A stretch of 64,000 nucleotides of DNA from IMG/VR virus record IMGVR_UViG_2657245422_000003, positions 1 to 64,000 of that record. One strand, 5' to 3'. How positions within the stretch are numbered: position 1 is the stretch's first letter; every line of letters begins with the position of its first letter. Made by a program: the position numbers and the translations under genes. The stretch is from an uncultured virus (IMG/VR IMGVR_UViG_2657245422_000003). Lineage: Duplodnaviria; Heunggongvirae; Uroviricota; Caudoviricetes. Below the pieces are notes generated by a model that was given only the letters and a program-made list of their open reading frames with translations, made no database searches and was not told the origin of the DNA. This document shows positions 28,351-38,969 of the stretch, piece by piece.

Positions 28351-30149
28351 AAAATGCACCTAACGTAAAGGCGCTGCCGAAAGACAAGTTTACAGAAGCG
28401 ATTATTTTCGCGGGTGCCGACGCGTGGAGTCATGCCAAAGGCTGGGAAGAGGGGTTAGGTAAGCAGATCGCGGAAGATACCACGCCTCCTGTTTATCTTG
28501 GCCCGCGGCAACTGGAGGAACTGGACAACCTGCGCATTATCGATGATGGCCGCAGAGCTGCGCGGGTATATCTGGCTGGCGATATCGAGACGTCGATGAT
28601 TAGTGCCATTGGTGCCAAACTGGCACTGGCTGGGGTACAGGAGGCAAAACTTTATAAGAGTATTCCCGATACTCATCCGGAGGACTGGCGCGATCATCTT
28701 AATCGGATTAGGGAAGGAAAAAGCACAGTAGTAAATCTGCCAGTGACGAAAAGAGAACCAGCGCATGATGAAGTTAGCCCGGCTCTTAATCAGATGGGGG
28801 CCAGCCAGCGCGGGCAAGTGCTGCTGGCCCATTACGATGGAGACCTGGCTATTCATGCTGATTCGGACATGGTTCACCACTATAACGGTGTGATCTGGAA
28901 TCCACTCCCGGATAAAGAGCTGCAACGGGCAATGGCGCAGATTTACATTGATGCTGAGGTAGCCTATTCGCAGAACGCCATCAAATCGGCGGTGGAAACC
29001 ATGAAGCTGAGTCTGCCGGTGATGGGCGTAACAGCCCGCAACCTCATTGGCTTCAGCAACGGCGTATTTGATACCCGGACGGGGCAGTTCAGGGAGCACA
29101 GCAAAACCGACTGGTTGTTGATTGCCAGTGAACTGCCATTCAGTCCACCAACTGAGGGGGAGACACTGGCCAGCCATGCGCCGAACTTCTGGAAGTGGTT
29201 ACGCCGTTCCGTGGCCAACAACGACCGCAAAACAGACCGTGTGCTGGCGGCGCTATTTATGGTGCTTGCGAACCGGTACGACTGGCAGCTGTTCCTTGAG
29301 GTTACGGGCCCCGGCGGTAGCGGTAAAAGTGTGATGGCGGAAATATGCACCATGCTTGCGGGCAAGGCCAATACTGTATCAGCCAGCATGAAAGCGCTGG
29401 AGGATGCCAGAGATAGAGCGCTGGTGGTTGGGTACTCACTTATCATCATGCCGGATATGACCCGCTATGCTGGCGATGGCGCCGGGATTAAGGCAATTAC
29501 CGGCGGTGACAAGGTTTCTATCGATCCTAAGCATAAAGCGCCATATTCAACCCGTATTCAGGCTGTGGTGCTGGCGGTCAACAACAATGCAATGACCTTC
29601 AGCGACCGGAGTGGTGGGATATCGCGCCGCCGAGTTATATTCAACTTCACGGAAATAGTTCCGGAAAACGAGCGCGATACGATGTTGGCTGAAAAGATAG
29701 AAGGTGAGCTGGCCGTCATCATTCGCCATCTGCTGACCCGTTTTGCAAGCCAGGACGAAGCCAAACAGCTGCTGCACGAACAGCAGAAGTCAGAAGAAGC
29801 ACTGGCTATCAAGCGAGAAGGGGATTCGCTGGTGGATTTCTGCGGTTATCTGATGGCGTCGGTAGTTTGCGATGGAATGTTTATCGGCAATGCGGAGATT
29901 GTGCCATTCAACCCGCGCAAATATTTGTATCACGCCTATCTGGCTTACATGCGAGCCAATGGCCTGAGTAAGCCGGTTTCTCTGATGCGGTTTGGAACCG
30001 ATATGCCAGGCGCAATGGCTGAGTACGGCAAGGATTACCTAAAGCGCAAGACCAAACATGGTATACGTTCCAATGTAACTCTGCATGACGATTCAGAAGA
30101 CTGGATGCCATCATGTAATAGTATATCTGCAAGTGGTGCGGTAGAGTAA
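28347..30149 (+). CDS. P4-type primase/SF3 helicase replication protein
   Basis: IGFSNGVFD (D5_N-like), Walker A GPGGSGKS, IKAITGGD, SRRRVIFNF, C-terminal winged helix. Confidence 0.9.
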   Translation: MKNAPNVKALPKDKFTEAIIFAGADAWSHAKGWEEGLGKQIAEDTTPPVYLGPRQLEELDNLRIIDDGRRAARVYLAGDIETSMISAIGAKLALAGVQEAKLYKSIPDTHPEDWRDHLNRIREGKSTVVNLPVTKREPAHDEVSPALNQMGASQRGQVLLAHYDGDLAIHADSDMVHHYNGVIWNPLPDKELQRAMAQIYIDAEVAYSQNAIKSAVETMKLSLPVMGVTARNLIGFSNGVFDTRTGQFREHSKTDWLLIASELPFSPPTEGETLASHAPNFWKWLRRSVANNDRKTDRVLAALFMVLANRYDWQLFLEVTGPGGSGKSVMAEICTMLAGKANTVSASMKALEDARDRALVVGYSLIIMPDMTRYAGDGAGIKAITGGDKVSIDPKHKAPYSTRIQAVVLAVNNNAMTFSDRSGGISRRRVIFNFTEIVPENERDTMLAEKIEGELAVIIRHLLTRFASQDEAKQLLHEQQKSEEALAIKREGDSLVDFCGYLMASVVCDGMFIGNAEIVPFNPRKYLYHAYLAYMRANGLSKPVSLMRFGTDMPGAMAEYGKDYLKRKTKHGIRSNVTLHDDSEDWMPSCNSISASGAVE

Positions 30150-30159
30150 ATTTATTGAT

Positions 30160-30395
30160 AAAGTGTTCACCACTATTCATCATGGTAAAAAGTCCTTTTA
30201 TTACATGTCATTAGATGGTGAACATTTCTTTGTGAAGTATTCATCAGGTATTCACCTGTTCATCTTTTGCTTGTTTTATGTTCTAAAAGGTGAAGGGGGG
30301 AAGTGAACACTTGTGAATACTTAAAAGTGAGGTGTTCACCGCTTAACTTAATGAATTTTAACGATAAAAAGATAAGGGTGAACGGGTGAATACTT
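30160..30395. repeat. Satellite origin iterons
   Basis: About ten GTGAA(C/T)A / (G/A)TTCAC copies in both orientations in AT-rich DNA after the primase gene, similar to P4 GGTGAACA iterons. Confidence 0.75.
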
Positions 30396-30441
30396 AAGCA
30401 TATAATATTTATATTAAATTTCATTTGCTACGGAGTATTGG

Positions 30442-30783
30442 ATGCAACGGCTTATTGAAATCAAAGAGCGTCTGGGTGTCATCGAAAGGTATCTTGATAT
30501 ACAGGCCCCGTTTTACAAACGAGATCTTAATATCTCAACTTTAATCACTGATCTAAAGGACCGTGTAGAGAGAAACCATAAATGGTTACAGCGCCAGAAA
30601 TATCAAGGTATGTTAACTGAGTTTGAATCAATATTTATTGAGCCCGCAATTAATGATATTTATCTATCTTCGATAGTTAATCTTAAACGAGGCGTAAAGC
30701 CAAGTGATACAGTAAGTAATTATATATCTGAATCCTTATCCACTGTTGACTATTGGATTTCACATATTCCTAATAATCAATGA
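30442..30783 (+). CDS. Hypothetical protein (satellite cargo)
   Basis: 113 aa, GGAG RBS, AT-rich. Confidence 0.65.
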   Translation: MQRLIEIKERLGVIERYLDIQAPFYKRDLNISTLITDLKDRVERNHKWLQRQKYQGMLTEFESIFIEPAINDIYLSSIVNLKRGVKPSDTVSNYISESLSTVDYWISHIPNNQ

Positions 30784-30838
30784 ATTATGAATGGTGTGTT
30801 TTTTCTTTATATTTAATCTAAATGTTTATGGTGATGGT

Positions 30839-32311
30839 ATGTTGACTGAGATTGTTAAAAGGGTTGGTGTCAATCGTACGGAAAAAATATTGGCATCGTT
30901 GGGTGATAAAACTTTTTTAGGATTGTGGTCATTTCCAAATGTATATAGCGATGAAGGTATAACTAAAAGTAAAGTAGGAAAAGAAGTTTGTGACCTTTTA
31001 GTAGTGTTTGAGAATAATGTTATTATCTTTTCTGATAAAGATAATAAGTTTCATGACAATATTGATATCTCTGTAGCTTGGAAAAGATGGTTTAAAAAGT
31101 CTGTTGTTGGTTCTGTAACACAATTGTATGGCGCTGAAAAGTTCATTAAGGAGTATCCTGAACGATTATTTTTAGATGAAGTATGCACAACAAAATTCCC
31201 AGTTGAATTTCTTGATCATATGCGTTTTTTTTTAATTGCAGTTACAAACAATAGTTGTGTGCAAGCGAAGAGATATTTCGATGGTATATCAGAAGGAAGT
31301 TCAGGGACGTTTGTGAATATTTTCCCATTTAACGCTTCTGATTGCATGGATAAACCATTTTGTGTAGGAGATTTATACCCAAGTAAAACATTTGTGCATG
31401 TTTTAGATGAGGTCTCTTTGAAATTGCTTCTAACTGAGTTAGATACTATAAATGACTTCATAGGCTACTTAGCAGAGAAGGAAAGGGTAGTTAGAAATGG
31501 TACGCTGCACACAAGCATTGGGGAAGAGGAGACACTAGCAACATACATTTTAAACAATAAAACGATTGTAAATAGTGATGATATCCCTGCTAATTCTATT
31601 GTTATGATTGATGAATATAGGTGGAAAGAATTAATAGAGTCATTTGAATATGCAACTCATTGCTCCTTTAAAATCGGAAGTGTTTTTTGGGATGAAATGA
31701 TAAAAACATTCTCTGATTCAATTTTGTCTGCAAATGTTGGTGCTGGAAAAAATATGGACTTTGGTATTCATGAGATGGTTTTAAGGCAATTGGCATCTGA
31801 AAGTAGATATTCTAGATATATTTTGTCCCATAATTTTCTTGATAAGTTAAAACAAGTCCCGAAAGATCGCAGGAGTGCGAGAATTATAGAGTCTCCTGAT
31901 TTTAAAGGAAAGTATTACTTATTCCTTTTTTTTCCTAGAGACCGGGGGCAAGGATATGATGAGTACCGTCAGGAAAGACAGGGATGTATGCACTCATACG
32001 CATTGGTGGCTAATTATAAATATCCTGAAATAAAAGAATTGATAATAATCGCTACAGAGCCTAAAGATGCAGAGGGTCGTTCGGAAGATATAATTTACTT
32101 TAACACCTCAAACACTTTAACAAGAGAAGAGAGACGATTGGCGAAGGAGTTAATGAGGGAACAAATGGTTCTGACTAATTTTTTATCGGAAAGGAATGTT
32201 GGGCCGAACATGAAGCGTTCTTCTGCTGCAATAGAATTACCCAAAGTTGGTCGTAATGAGAAATGTCCCTGCGGTTCCGGTGAGAAATATAAAAAATGCC
32301 ATGGGAAATAA
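30839..32311 (+). CDS. PD-(D/E)xK/NERD-like domain protein with C-terminal SEC-C motif (satellite cargo)
   Basis: [40 protein letters not shown]. Confidence 0.75.
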   Translation: MLTEIVKRVGVNRTEKILASLGDKTFLGLWSFPNVYSDEGITKSKVGKEVCDLLVVFENNVIIFSDKDNKFHDNIDISVAWKRWFKKSVVGSVTQLYGAEKFIKEYPERLFLDEVCTTKFPVEFLDHMRFFLIAVTNNSCVQAKRYFDGISEGSSGTFVNIFPFNASDCMDKPFCVGDLYPSKTFVHVLDEVSLKLLLTELDTINDFIGYLAEKERVVRNGTLHTSIGEEETLATYILNNKTIVNSDDIPANSIVMIDEYRWKELIESFEYATHCSFKIGSVFWDEMIKTFSDSILSANVGAGKNMDFGIHEMVLRQLASESRYSRYILSHNFLDKLKQVPKDRRSARIIESPDFKGKYYLFLFFPRDRGQGYDEYRQERQGCMHSYALVANYKYPEIKELIIIATEPKDAEGRSEDIIYFNTSNTLTREERRLAKELMREQMVLTNFLSERNVGPNMKRSSAAIELPKVGRNEKCPCGSGEKYKKCHGK

Positions 32312-32541
32312 GTGTAAATTATTAGTTTGTATGTATTCATGGGTGTTTTTATAAAGCGGGTGGGGTTTACTTAAGAAACTTCGTGTATAACTTAAAGAGT
32401 GGCACTCAGACGTGAGCCGCCACAGGCCGTTTAATCAAGCTGTAGTGAGTACAGCCTGAGAGAGTCAGAAAAAGGTTAAACGGCCTTACCCCTTCCCGCG
32501 CTGGTTTCACGTCTTAACGTTAATTGTTACGGAAACCACTC

Positions 32542-33708
32542 ATGAAAAAATTACTCGAATTACGCCAGCAGAAAGCCGCACTCAAAACCCAGATGCGTTC
32601 CATGCTGGATAAAGCCGACACCGAAAAGCGCAGCCTGAACGATGATGAGGGCAAGCAGTTCGACGAACTCCGTGTCCAGGCTGATGCGCTTGAAGTTGAA
32701 ATCACCCGTCTTGAAGCCGTCGCCGACGATCAGCGCAATCAGCTTGGTACTTCCGTTGAAGGTGAGCCAGTAAGCAACGACGAACTGCGACACTACATCA
32801 TGACCGGTGATACCCGTTCTCTCTCCACGCTGGTGCAGGCTGATGGCGGGTATACCGTTATCCCTGAGCTGGACAAAGAGATCATGCGCCAGTTGCAGGA
32901 TGATAGCGTGATGCGATCTATCGCGACAGTGAAGACAACCAAAACCAACGAATACCAGAAACTGGTATCTGTGGGCGGTGCTGCCGTTAAGCATGGGGCA
33001 GAAGGTGAAGCGCGTGCCGAAACTACCACACCAAGAATGGAACGTGTGGATATCAAACTCAGCCCGATCTATGCATACCCGAAAACCACTCAGGAGATCC
33101 TCGATTTTTCCGAGGTGGATATTCTGGGTTGGTTATCTTCTGAAATCTCCGACACCTTCAGCGCTACTGAAGAAAATGATTTTGTTAACGGCGATGGTGT
33201 GAAGAAGGCTAAAGGCTTTCTGGCTTATGACCGAGTGGCCACCGGCGATAAAACCCGACCTTTCGGTACGCTGGAGAAAATGGAAACGACAGCTGTTAAC
33301 TCTGATGGTCTGATCGACCTGCTATACAAGCTGAAAGCGAAATACCGCAAGAACGCCATATGGGTGATGAACTCGAATACTGCGGCCACGCTTCAGAAGC
33401 TGAAAAACGATAACGGGGACTATATCTGGCGCGATCGTCTGGTCGCTGACTCTCCTGATACGCTGCTGGGCCGTCCGGTTCAGTATCTGGAAACTATGCC
33501 CGATGCGGCTCCGGGAGAAGCATTTCTGGCGGTTGGCGACTTTAAGCGTGGTTACTTCATTGTCGATCACACTACTGGCGTGCGCACCCGTCCTGACAAT
33601 ATCACCGAACCGGGTTTCTACAAGGTGCATACCGATAAATACCTGGGCGGCGGCGTGGTGGACTCCTGCGCCATCAAGGTGCTTGAGCTTTCCGGCTCCG
33701 GTTCCTGA
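32542..33708 (+). CDS. HK97-fold major capsid protein (satellite)
   Basis: Coiled-coil delta domain, DGGYTVIPE, FVNGDG, TLLGRPV, GDFKRGY. Confidence 0.93.
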   Translation: MKKLLELRQQKAALKTQMRSMLDKADTEKRSLNDDEGKQFDELRVQADALEVEITRLEAVADDQRNQLGTSVEGEPVSNDELRHYIMTGDTRSLSTLVQADGGYTVIPELDKEIMRQLQDDSVMRSIATVKTTKTNEYQKLVSVGGAAVKHGAEGEARAETTTPRMERVDIKLSPIYAYPKTTQEILDFSEVDILGWLSSEISDTFSATEENDFVNGDGVKKAKGFLAYDRVATGDKTRPFGTLEKMETTAVNSDGLIDLLYKLKAKYRKNAIWVMNSNTAATLQKLKNDNGDYIWRDRLVADSPDTLLGRPVQYLETMPDAAPGEAFLAVGDFKRGYFIVDHTTGVRTRPDNITEPGFYKVHTDKYLGGGVVDSCAIKVLELSGSGS

Positions 33709-33759
33709 TCTGACGTTTAAGGGGCTTCTGCCCCTTTTTGCCCTCTGTGGAGTCCAGTA

Positions 33760-34320
33760 ATGAAAACAATAGATTTTGAAATCCGTATCTCCGAACTGAG
33801 CGCCAGCAACAAAAAGCTGGTGGGCTATGCCGTGCGCTGGAACAGCCTGTCAGAAGTTATCTGGGATGAATTCCGTGAGCAGTTCGCGCCGGGGGCGTTT
33901 AAAGACAGTCTGGCATCCGGTAGCGATGTGCGTGCGCTGTATGAGCATAACTATACCCAGCTGCTTGGGCGCACCAAATCAGGCTCGCTGATACTTTCCG
34001 AGGATGATACCGGGTTGCGCTTTGAACTTACTCCACCGAATACCCAGCTTGGGAATGATGTGCTGGAGCTGGTGGAACGTGGGGATATTTCCGGCATGAG
34101 TTTTGGTTTCCGCGCGCTGAAAGAGACGTGGGATATCGGCCAGTCTCCGTACCTCCGTACTGTAATAGCTGCCGACCTGCGGGAAATCACAGTTACGTCT
34201 ATGCCTGCTTATCCTGAATCTGGTGTGGAAATCGCGCACCGTTCGCTTTTCTCCCAACACCCTGAACTGCGTCGCGCTGGCGATAATCGTCGCCGCTGGA
34301 CTGAATTAGCGGGGCTTTGA
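33760..34320 (+). CDS. HK97-type prohead protease (satellite)
   Basis: GYAVRWNS, ALYEH, GMSFGF, EITVTSMPAYP. Confidence 0.92.
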   Translation: MKTIDFEIRISELSASNKKLVGYAVRWNSLSEVIWDEFREQFAPGAFKDSLASGSDVRALYEHNYTQLLGRTKSGSLILSEDDTGLRFELTPPNTQLGNDVLELVERGDISGMSFGFRALKETWDIGQSPYLRTVIAADLREITVTSMPAYPESGVEIAHRSLFSQHPELRRAGDNRRRWTELAGL

Positions 34321-34321
34321 T

Positions 34322-35557
34322 ATGTGGAATATCTGGCCGTTTGGCCGTAAGTCTGAACCCTCCGAGCAGCGCAGCATGACCATTGATGAGTTTCTGGCGA
34401 TGGCAGGGATTCCAAATACCGGATCAGGCGAGTACGTGTCTGCGGGTACTGCGGAATCTCTGCCGGCGGTGATGAATGCTGTTTCCGTTATCAGTGAAGC
34501 TGTGGCGACAATGCCCTGTTACCTCTATCGGGTACGAAATGATAAAGGACGAGAGGCGCGGGAGTGGCTGAGCAATCACCCGGTGGATTTTCTCCTGAAC
34601 GAACAGCCTAACGACTGCCAGACGCCTTACCAGTTTAAACGCACGATGATGCGCCACTGCCTGCTGAATGGTAACGCCTATGCGGTGATCCAGTGGGGCC
34701 GTGACGGCCAGCCGCAATCCCTGCATCCGTATGCGCCGGGGGCGGTTGTTCCCGAACGTATCGGCCAGCATAAGTACAAATACACCGTTACTGAACCGTT
34801 TACGGGGGCTGTGCGCACCTACTTGCAGGAAGAGATGCTGCACCTGCGTTACTCCACCGACGATGGCTTTCTGGGGCGTTCGCCGATCACCGTCTGCCGT
34901 GAGGCGTTGGGGCTGGGCCTCGCTCAGCAGCGCCACGGTGCCAGCATTATGAAAGATGGCATGATGGCGGCTGGCGTGGTCACTACTGCTGAATGGCTCG
35001 ACAGCTTAAAGGGCAAACAAGCTCTGGACGCACTGGAACGCTACAAAGGTGCCAGAAACGCCGGGAAAACGCCGATCCTTGAAGGTGGTATGGACTATAA
35101 GCAGCTTGGCATGAGCAATCAGGATGCTGAGTGGCTGGCCTCCCGTCGCTTCACCATTGAAGATATTGCCCGCATGTTTAACGTTTCTCCCATCTTCCTG
35201 CAGGAATACAGCAACAGCACCTACAGCAATTTTAGTGAGGCGAGCCGCGCCTTTCTTACCATGACAATGCGCCCGTGGCTGGCGAACTTTGAACAGCAGA
35301 TTAAATCCGCGTTGCTGGTGGCATCGCCTGTACCCGGAATCCGTTATCAGGTGGAGTTCGACTCTGCCGATCTTCTTCGAGCCACTCCAACCGAACGTTA
35401 CGCCACTTATGAGCGCGGTATCAAGAACGGGATCATGAACCCGAACGAAGCCCGCGAACGGGAAGGGATGCCACCGCGCGAAGGTGGCGACGAATACAGT
35501 CAGGCATGGAAGCAGGAAGTGAAGGTCAGTAAGGACAACAAGGACGGTGACGAATGA
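34322..35557 (+). CDS. Portal protein (satellite)
   Basis: LLNGNAY, GRSPI, IARMFNVSP, MNPNEARE. Confidence 0.93.
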   Translation: MWNIWPFGRKSEPSEQRSMTIDEFLAMAGIPNTGSGEYVSAGTAESLPAVMNAVSVISEAVATMPCYLYRVRNDKGREAREWLSNHPVDFLLNEQPNDCQTPYQFKRTMMRHCLLNGNAYAVIQWGRDGQPQSLHPYAPGAVVPERIGQHKYKYTVTEPFTGAVRTYLQEEMLHLRYSTDDGFLGRSPITVCREALGLGLAQQRHGASIMKDGMMAAGVVTTAEWLDSLKGKQALDALERYKGARNAGKTPILEGGMDYKQLGMSNQDAEWLASRRFTIEDIARMFNVSPIFLQEYSNSTYSNFSEASRAFLTMTMRPWLANFEQQIKSALLVASPVPGIRYQVEFDSADLLRATPTERYATYERGIKNGIMNPNEAREREGMPPREGGDEYSQAWKQEVKVSKDNKDGDE

Positions 35558-35892
35558 GAGCCGGAAAGATGAAACGCCGCGTCACTTTTCAGAAGTCAGA
35601 ATCTCACCGTGATCAGATGGGTCAGGTTATCTCTGTGTGGTCTGACCTTGCCACCGTCTGGGCTGAAATCCGCGCTATAAGTGGGCGTGAGCGTATGTCT
35701 TCAGGGGCGCTCTACTCCGAAGCCACTGTACGAATCTGGACGCGCTACCGCGACGATATCACCACCGCAAACCGCATTTTGTACCGCTCGCCAAATGTCC
35801 GGGGGCAGATTTACGGCATTGTGGCCGTCATTCCTGATGTGGATCACACCCGGCTTGAGCTGCTGTGCAAGGGAGGCATTTTCAATGAATGA
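35554..35892 (+). CDS. Head closure protein (satellite)
   Basis: MRAGKMKRRVTFQ...VWAEIRAISGRE. Confidence 0.85.
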   Translation: MRAGKMKRRVTFQKSESHRDQMGQVISVWSDLATVWAEIRAISGRERMSSGALYSEATVRIWTRYRDDITTANRILYRSPNVRGQIYGIVAVIPDVDHTRLELLCKGGIFNE

Positions 35893-36178
35893 GTTAATTG
35901 GTCTGGAAGAAGCAAAGCTGCATTGCCGTATTGATGATGATTATGAAGACACGCTGATACAGGCATACATCGATGCGGCGCTGGAGGTTTGCCAGAAGCA
36001 TATCGGCAAGCGGTTTGATAACGGGCTGGAGTTTACGCCAGCTATCAAGATTGGCTGTCTGATGTACGTATCTCAGCTGTACGAGTACCGCACGATGATT
36101 GGTGATACTGACGCCAAAGAGATACCGATGGCTGTCTCTGCGTTGTGGTCTGTCTATCGTGATGTGGGGGTGTACTGA
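35885..36178 (+). CDS. Head-tail connector, gp6-like (satellite)
   Basis: LEEAKLHCRIDDDYEDTLIQAYIDAA...LYEYR. Confidence 0.85.
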   Translation: MNELIGLEEAKLHCRIDDDYEDTLIQAYIDAALEVCQKHIGKRFDNGLEFTPAIKIGCLMYVSQLYEYRTMIGDTDAKEIPMAVSALWSVYRDVGVY

Positions 36179-36621
36179 TGCCGTGGCAACCACTACGCCG
36201 ATGCACTGAGCCGGGATGTAATAAACGGGTGAAGTCTGGCAAGTGTGACGAGCATAAGCGGGATGCCCGCCGACAAAGCGACAGCCGAAGAGGTACGCGA
36301 ACAGAGCGTGGTTACTCCAACCGCTGGGGCCAATATCGTCGTCATTTTCTGAAAGCTAATCCGCTGTGTGTCCATTGTCTTAAGGCTGACGTCTATACAT
36401 CGGCAACTATCGTCGATCACATCATCCCTATCGAGGGTGAGGCCGATGTGCTGTTCTGGCCCGCCAGTAATCACCAGTCGTTATGCGCTGCCTGTCATGG
36501 ACGGAAGACAACCACAACAGACCCGGTGACGAAGCAGCAGCGTAAAGCCGGTAAGTTCTGTGAGCAGGAAGAAGCAGCACGTCATCGCACCGACTGGATC
36601 TATGAGGCAAACAATGACTGA
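36178..36621 (+). CDS. HNH endonuclease (satellite packaging)
   Basis: PLCVHC...VDHIIP...NHQSLCAACHGRKT. Confidence 0.9.
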   Translation: MPWQPLRRCTEPGCNKRVKSGKCDEHKRDARRQSDSRRGTRTERGYSNRWGQYRRHFLKANPLCVHCLKADVYTSATIVDHIIPIEGEADVLFWPASNHQSLCAACHGRKTTTTDPVTKQQRKAGKFCEQEEAARHRTDWIYEANND

Positions 36622-36766
36622 GCAGGAACAGCAGCGGCTGATTAGTGGGCTGATAAAGCAGCGTGAGTCATGGCAACCAGCCAGACAGAGGGCGCATAAG
36701 AAGCCCGCAGCAAAGCGCATGAGCCAGCGTGACCGGGAGCTCATTGAATGCTTTCGCAACCGCTGA
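36614..36766 (+). CDS. Small hypothetical protein
   Basis: 50 aa from ATG 36614, GAGG RBS. Confidence 0.45.
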   Translation: MTEQEQQRLISGLIKQRESWQPARQRAHKKPAAKRMSQRDRELIECFRNR

Positions 36767-36779
36767 CAGGCCGAATGGA

Positions 36780-36865
36780 CGGGGTGGGGGAGGTTTTCAG
36801 GACAAACCCCTCTCAGCGAGGAACCACCCGCCCCCTCAAATTTTTACGCTCGGTGATTTTTTTGA
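36780..36865 (+). other. Probable satellite cos region
   Basis: G-run ... AATTTTTAC ... T-run between HNH and terS. Confidence 0.45.
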
Positions 36866-36895
36866 AAATAAAACGTGATGGAAACGAGAAATTTT

Positions 36896-37252
36896 ATGGC
36901 AAGACCACCAAAACCGCCAGCTTACCTTGATGAGCTGGCCGCGCAGCAGTGGAAAGCAAAGGCGAAGCAACTGGCGGAGCGCGGGGATCTGACTCCCGCC
37001 GACTGGAATAACCTTGAGCTTTTTTGCGTTAACTATTCGTTGTACCGCAAAGCCGTGGAAGACCTTGCCAGCCGTGGGTTCAGCATTGTTAATAGCCAGG
37101 GCGGCGAGAGCCGGAATCCGGCGCTGAGTGCAAAGGCGGATGCTGAAAAAATCATGATTAAAATGTCGTCGCTGCTGGGCTTTGATCCGGTAAGCCGCCG
37201 TCGTAATCCTGTAGAAACGGAAGAGGAAGACGAGCTTGACCGTCTGGGATGA
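36896..37252 (+). CDS. terS: Terminase small subunit (satellite)
   Basis: PKPPAYLD, RNPAL, LLGFDPVSR. Confidence 0.9.
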   Translation: MARPPKPPAYLDELAAQQWKAKAKQLAERGDLTPADWNNLELFCVNYSLYRKAVEDLASRGFSIVNSQGGESRNPALSAKADAEKIMIKMSSLLGFDPVSRRRNPVETEEEDELDRLG

Positions 37253-38897
37253 GTACGCAAACGCGATAAAAACGGGCGAAATTCCGGCCTGTAAGCGCGT
37301 AAAACAGGCCGTGGAAAGATACTTTTCAGACCTGAGTGACCCCCGTTATGAATTCGATACGTCGACCGTAGAGCGGTTTATTGCGTTCTCCCGGCTCTGT
37401 CCTCACGTCAAAGGACCGCTGCGCGGCCAGCCTATTGAACTGGAGCCGTGGCAACAATTTGCCTTTGCTAACCTGTTGGGATTTAAATTAAGGGAATCAG
37501 GCCGCCGGAAGTACAGCAGCGCCTTTATTGAGGTGCCGCGCAAGAATGCCAAATCTACCGTAGCCGCCATGCTGGCTAACTGGTTTCTGGTAATGGAGAA
37601 GGGCCAGCAGGATATCTACACGGCGGCGGTGAGCCGGGATCAGGCCCGAATCGTGTTCGACGATGCCCGCCAGATGTGCCTGCTGTCAAAACCGCTGAAA
37701 AAGCGCGTCAGTATTCAGGCGCATAAAGTCATTTTTCCAAAGAGCAACAGCCTGTTGAAGCCGCTGGCGGCGAAAGCGGCCACCATTGAGGGGACTAACC
37801 CCAGCCTGGCGATTGTCGATGAATACCACCTTCACCCCGATAACGGTGTTTATTCCGCGCTTGAGCTGGGTATGGGCGCACGACCGGAGGCGATTTTGTT
37901 CGCCATCACGACCGCCGGAAGTAACGTTGTCTCCGCCTGCAAACAGCATTATGACTACTGCTGCCAGATTCTGGCCGGGGAAGAGAGTAACGATTCGCTA
38001 TTTGTCCTGATCTACGAGCTTGACGACGAAAGCGAGGTTGAGCAGCCTGAAATGTGGATCAAGGCTAACCCTAACCTTGATGTGTCCGTTGACGCGGCGA
38101 AACTGGAATCTACCATCCAGAAAGCGCGAGGTATACCGTCGCAGTGGGTGGAAATGCTGACTAAACGTTTCAATATCTGGTGTCAGGGCTCTACGCCGTG
38201 GATGGGTGCCGGTGCATGGGGCGCCTGTGCGCTCGACTATACCGAAGAAGATCTTGCAGGGATGGAGTGCTACGCAGGATTTGACCTGTCCTCAACCAGC
38301 GATATCACCAGCGTGAGCTACGCTTTCCCGATCGACAGGGAGATCCGCCTGCTGACCCGCCATTATCTGCCGGAAGCGCAGTTGCTTAACGTCGCCAACA
38401 AAAACCGCGCTATCTACCGCCAGTGGGTGAAAGCGGGCTGGATACGCCCCACACCCGGCGACTGTATCGACTATGACCGCATTCGTGACGATATCCTGCG
38501 CGATGCTGAAATCTTCAATATCCGGCTGGTGGGATTCGATACGTGGAACGCCACACATTTGCGTACCCAGCTACAGGGGGCGGGGCTCGATGTGGAGCCT
38601 TTCCAGCAAACCTATCTGCGGTTCAGCCCGGTTGCTAAATCTTTTGAGGTGTTCGTGAACCGTAAGGTATTACGCCATCGTGGCGATCCGGTTCTGTCCT
38701 GGGCGATGGGTAATGTTGTGATGGAGTCCGACGCTAACGCCAACATAAAGCCTAACAAAAAGAAATCTGGTAACAAGATCGATCCTGCGGTCGCAGCGTT
38801 GATGGCATTCGGTACCTTCCAAGCTGAACATGAAGATTTTGCGTTTGACATGAGTGACAGCTACAAGGAACGGCTGGCGACGTTTAATGGGGTTTGA
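37236..38897 (+). CDS. terL: Terminase large subunit (satellite, intact)
   Basis: 553 aa; EVPRKNAKS, AIVDEYH, ITTAG, GFDLSS, KIDPAVA. Confidence 0.93.
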   Translation: MTVWDEYANAIKTGEIPACKRVKQAVERYFSDLSDPRYEFDTSTVERFIAFSRLCPHVKGPLRGQPIELEPWQQFAFANLLGFKLRESGRRKYSSAFIEVPRKNAKSTVAAMLANWFLVMEKGQQDIYTAAVSRDQARIVFDDARQMCLLSKPLKKRVSIQAHKVIFPKSNSLLKPLAAKAATIEGTNPSLAIVDEYHLHPDNGVYSALELGMGARPEAILFAITTAGSNVVSACKQHYDYCCQILAGEESNDSLFVLIYELDDESEVEQPEMWIKANPNLDVSVDAAKLESTIQKARGIPSQWVEMLTKRFNIWCQGSTPWMGAGAWGACALDYTEEDLAGMECYAGFDLSSTSDITSVSYAFPIDREIRLLTRHYLPEAQLLNVANKNRAIYRQWVKAGWIRPTPGDCIDYDRIRDDILRDAEIFNIRLVGFDTWNATHLRTQLQGAGLDVEPFQQTYLRFSPVAKSFEVFVNRKVLRHRGDPVLSWAMGNVVMESDANANIKPNKKKSGNKIDPAVAALMAFGTFQAEHEDFAFDMSDSYKERLATFNGV

Positions 38898-38969
38898 GCG
38901 AAATGCCTCAGAGTAAACATCTGCAATTGATGTTGGGGAAACTTTATAGCGTTGTTTCCCCCATGTTTG

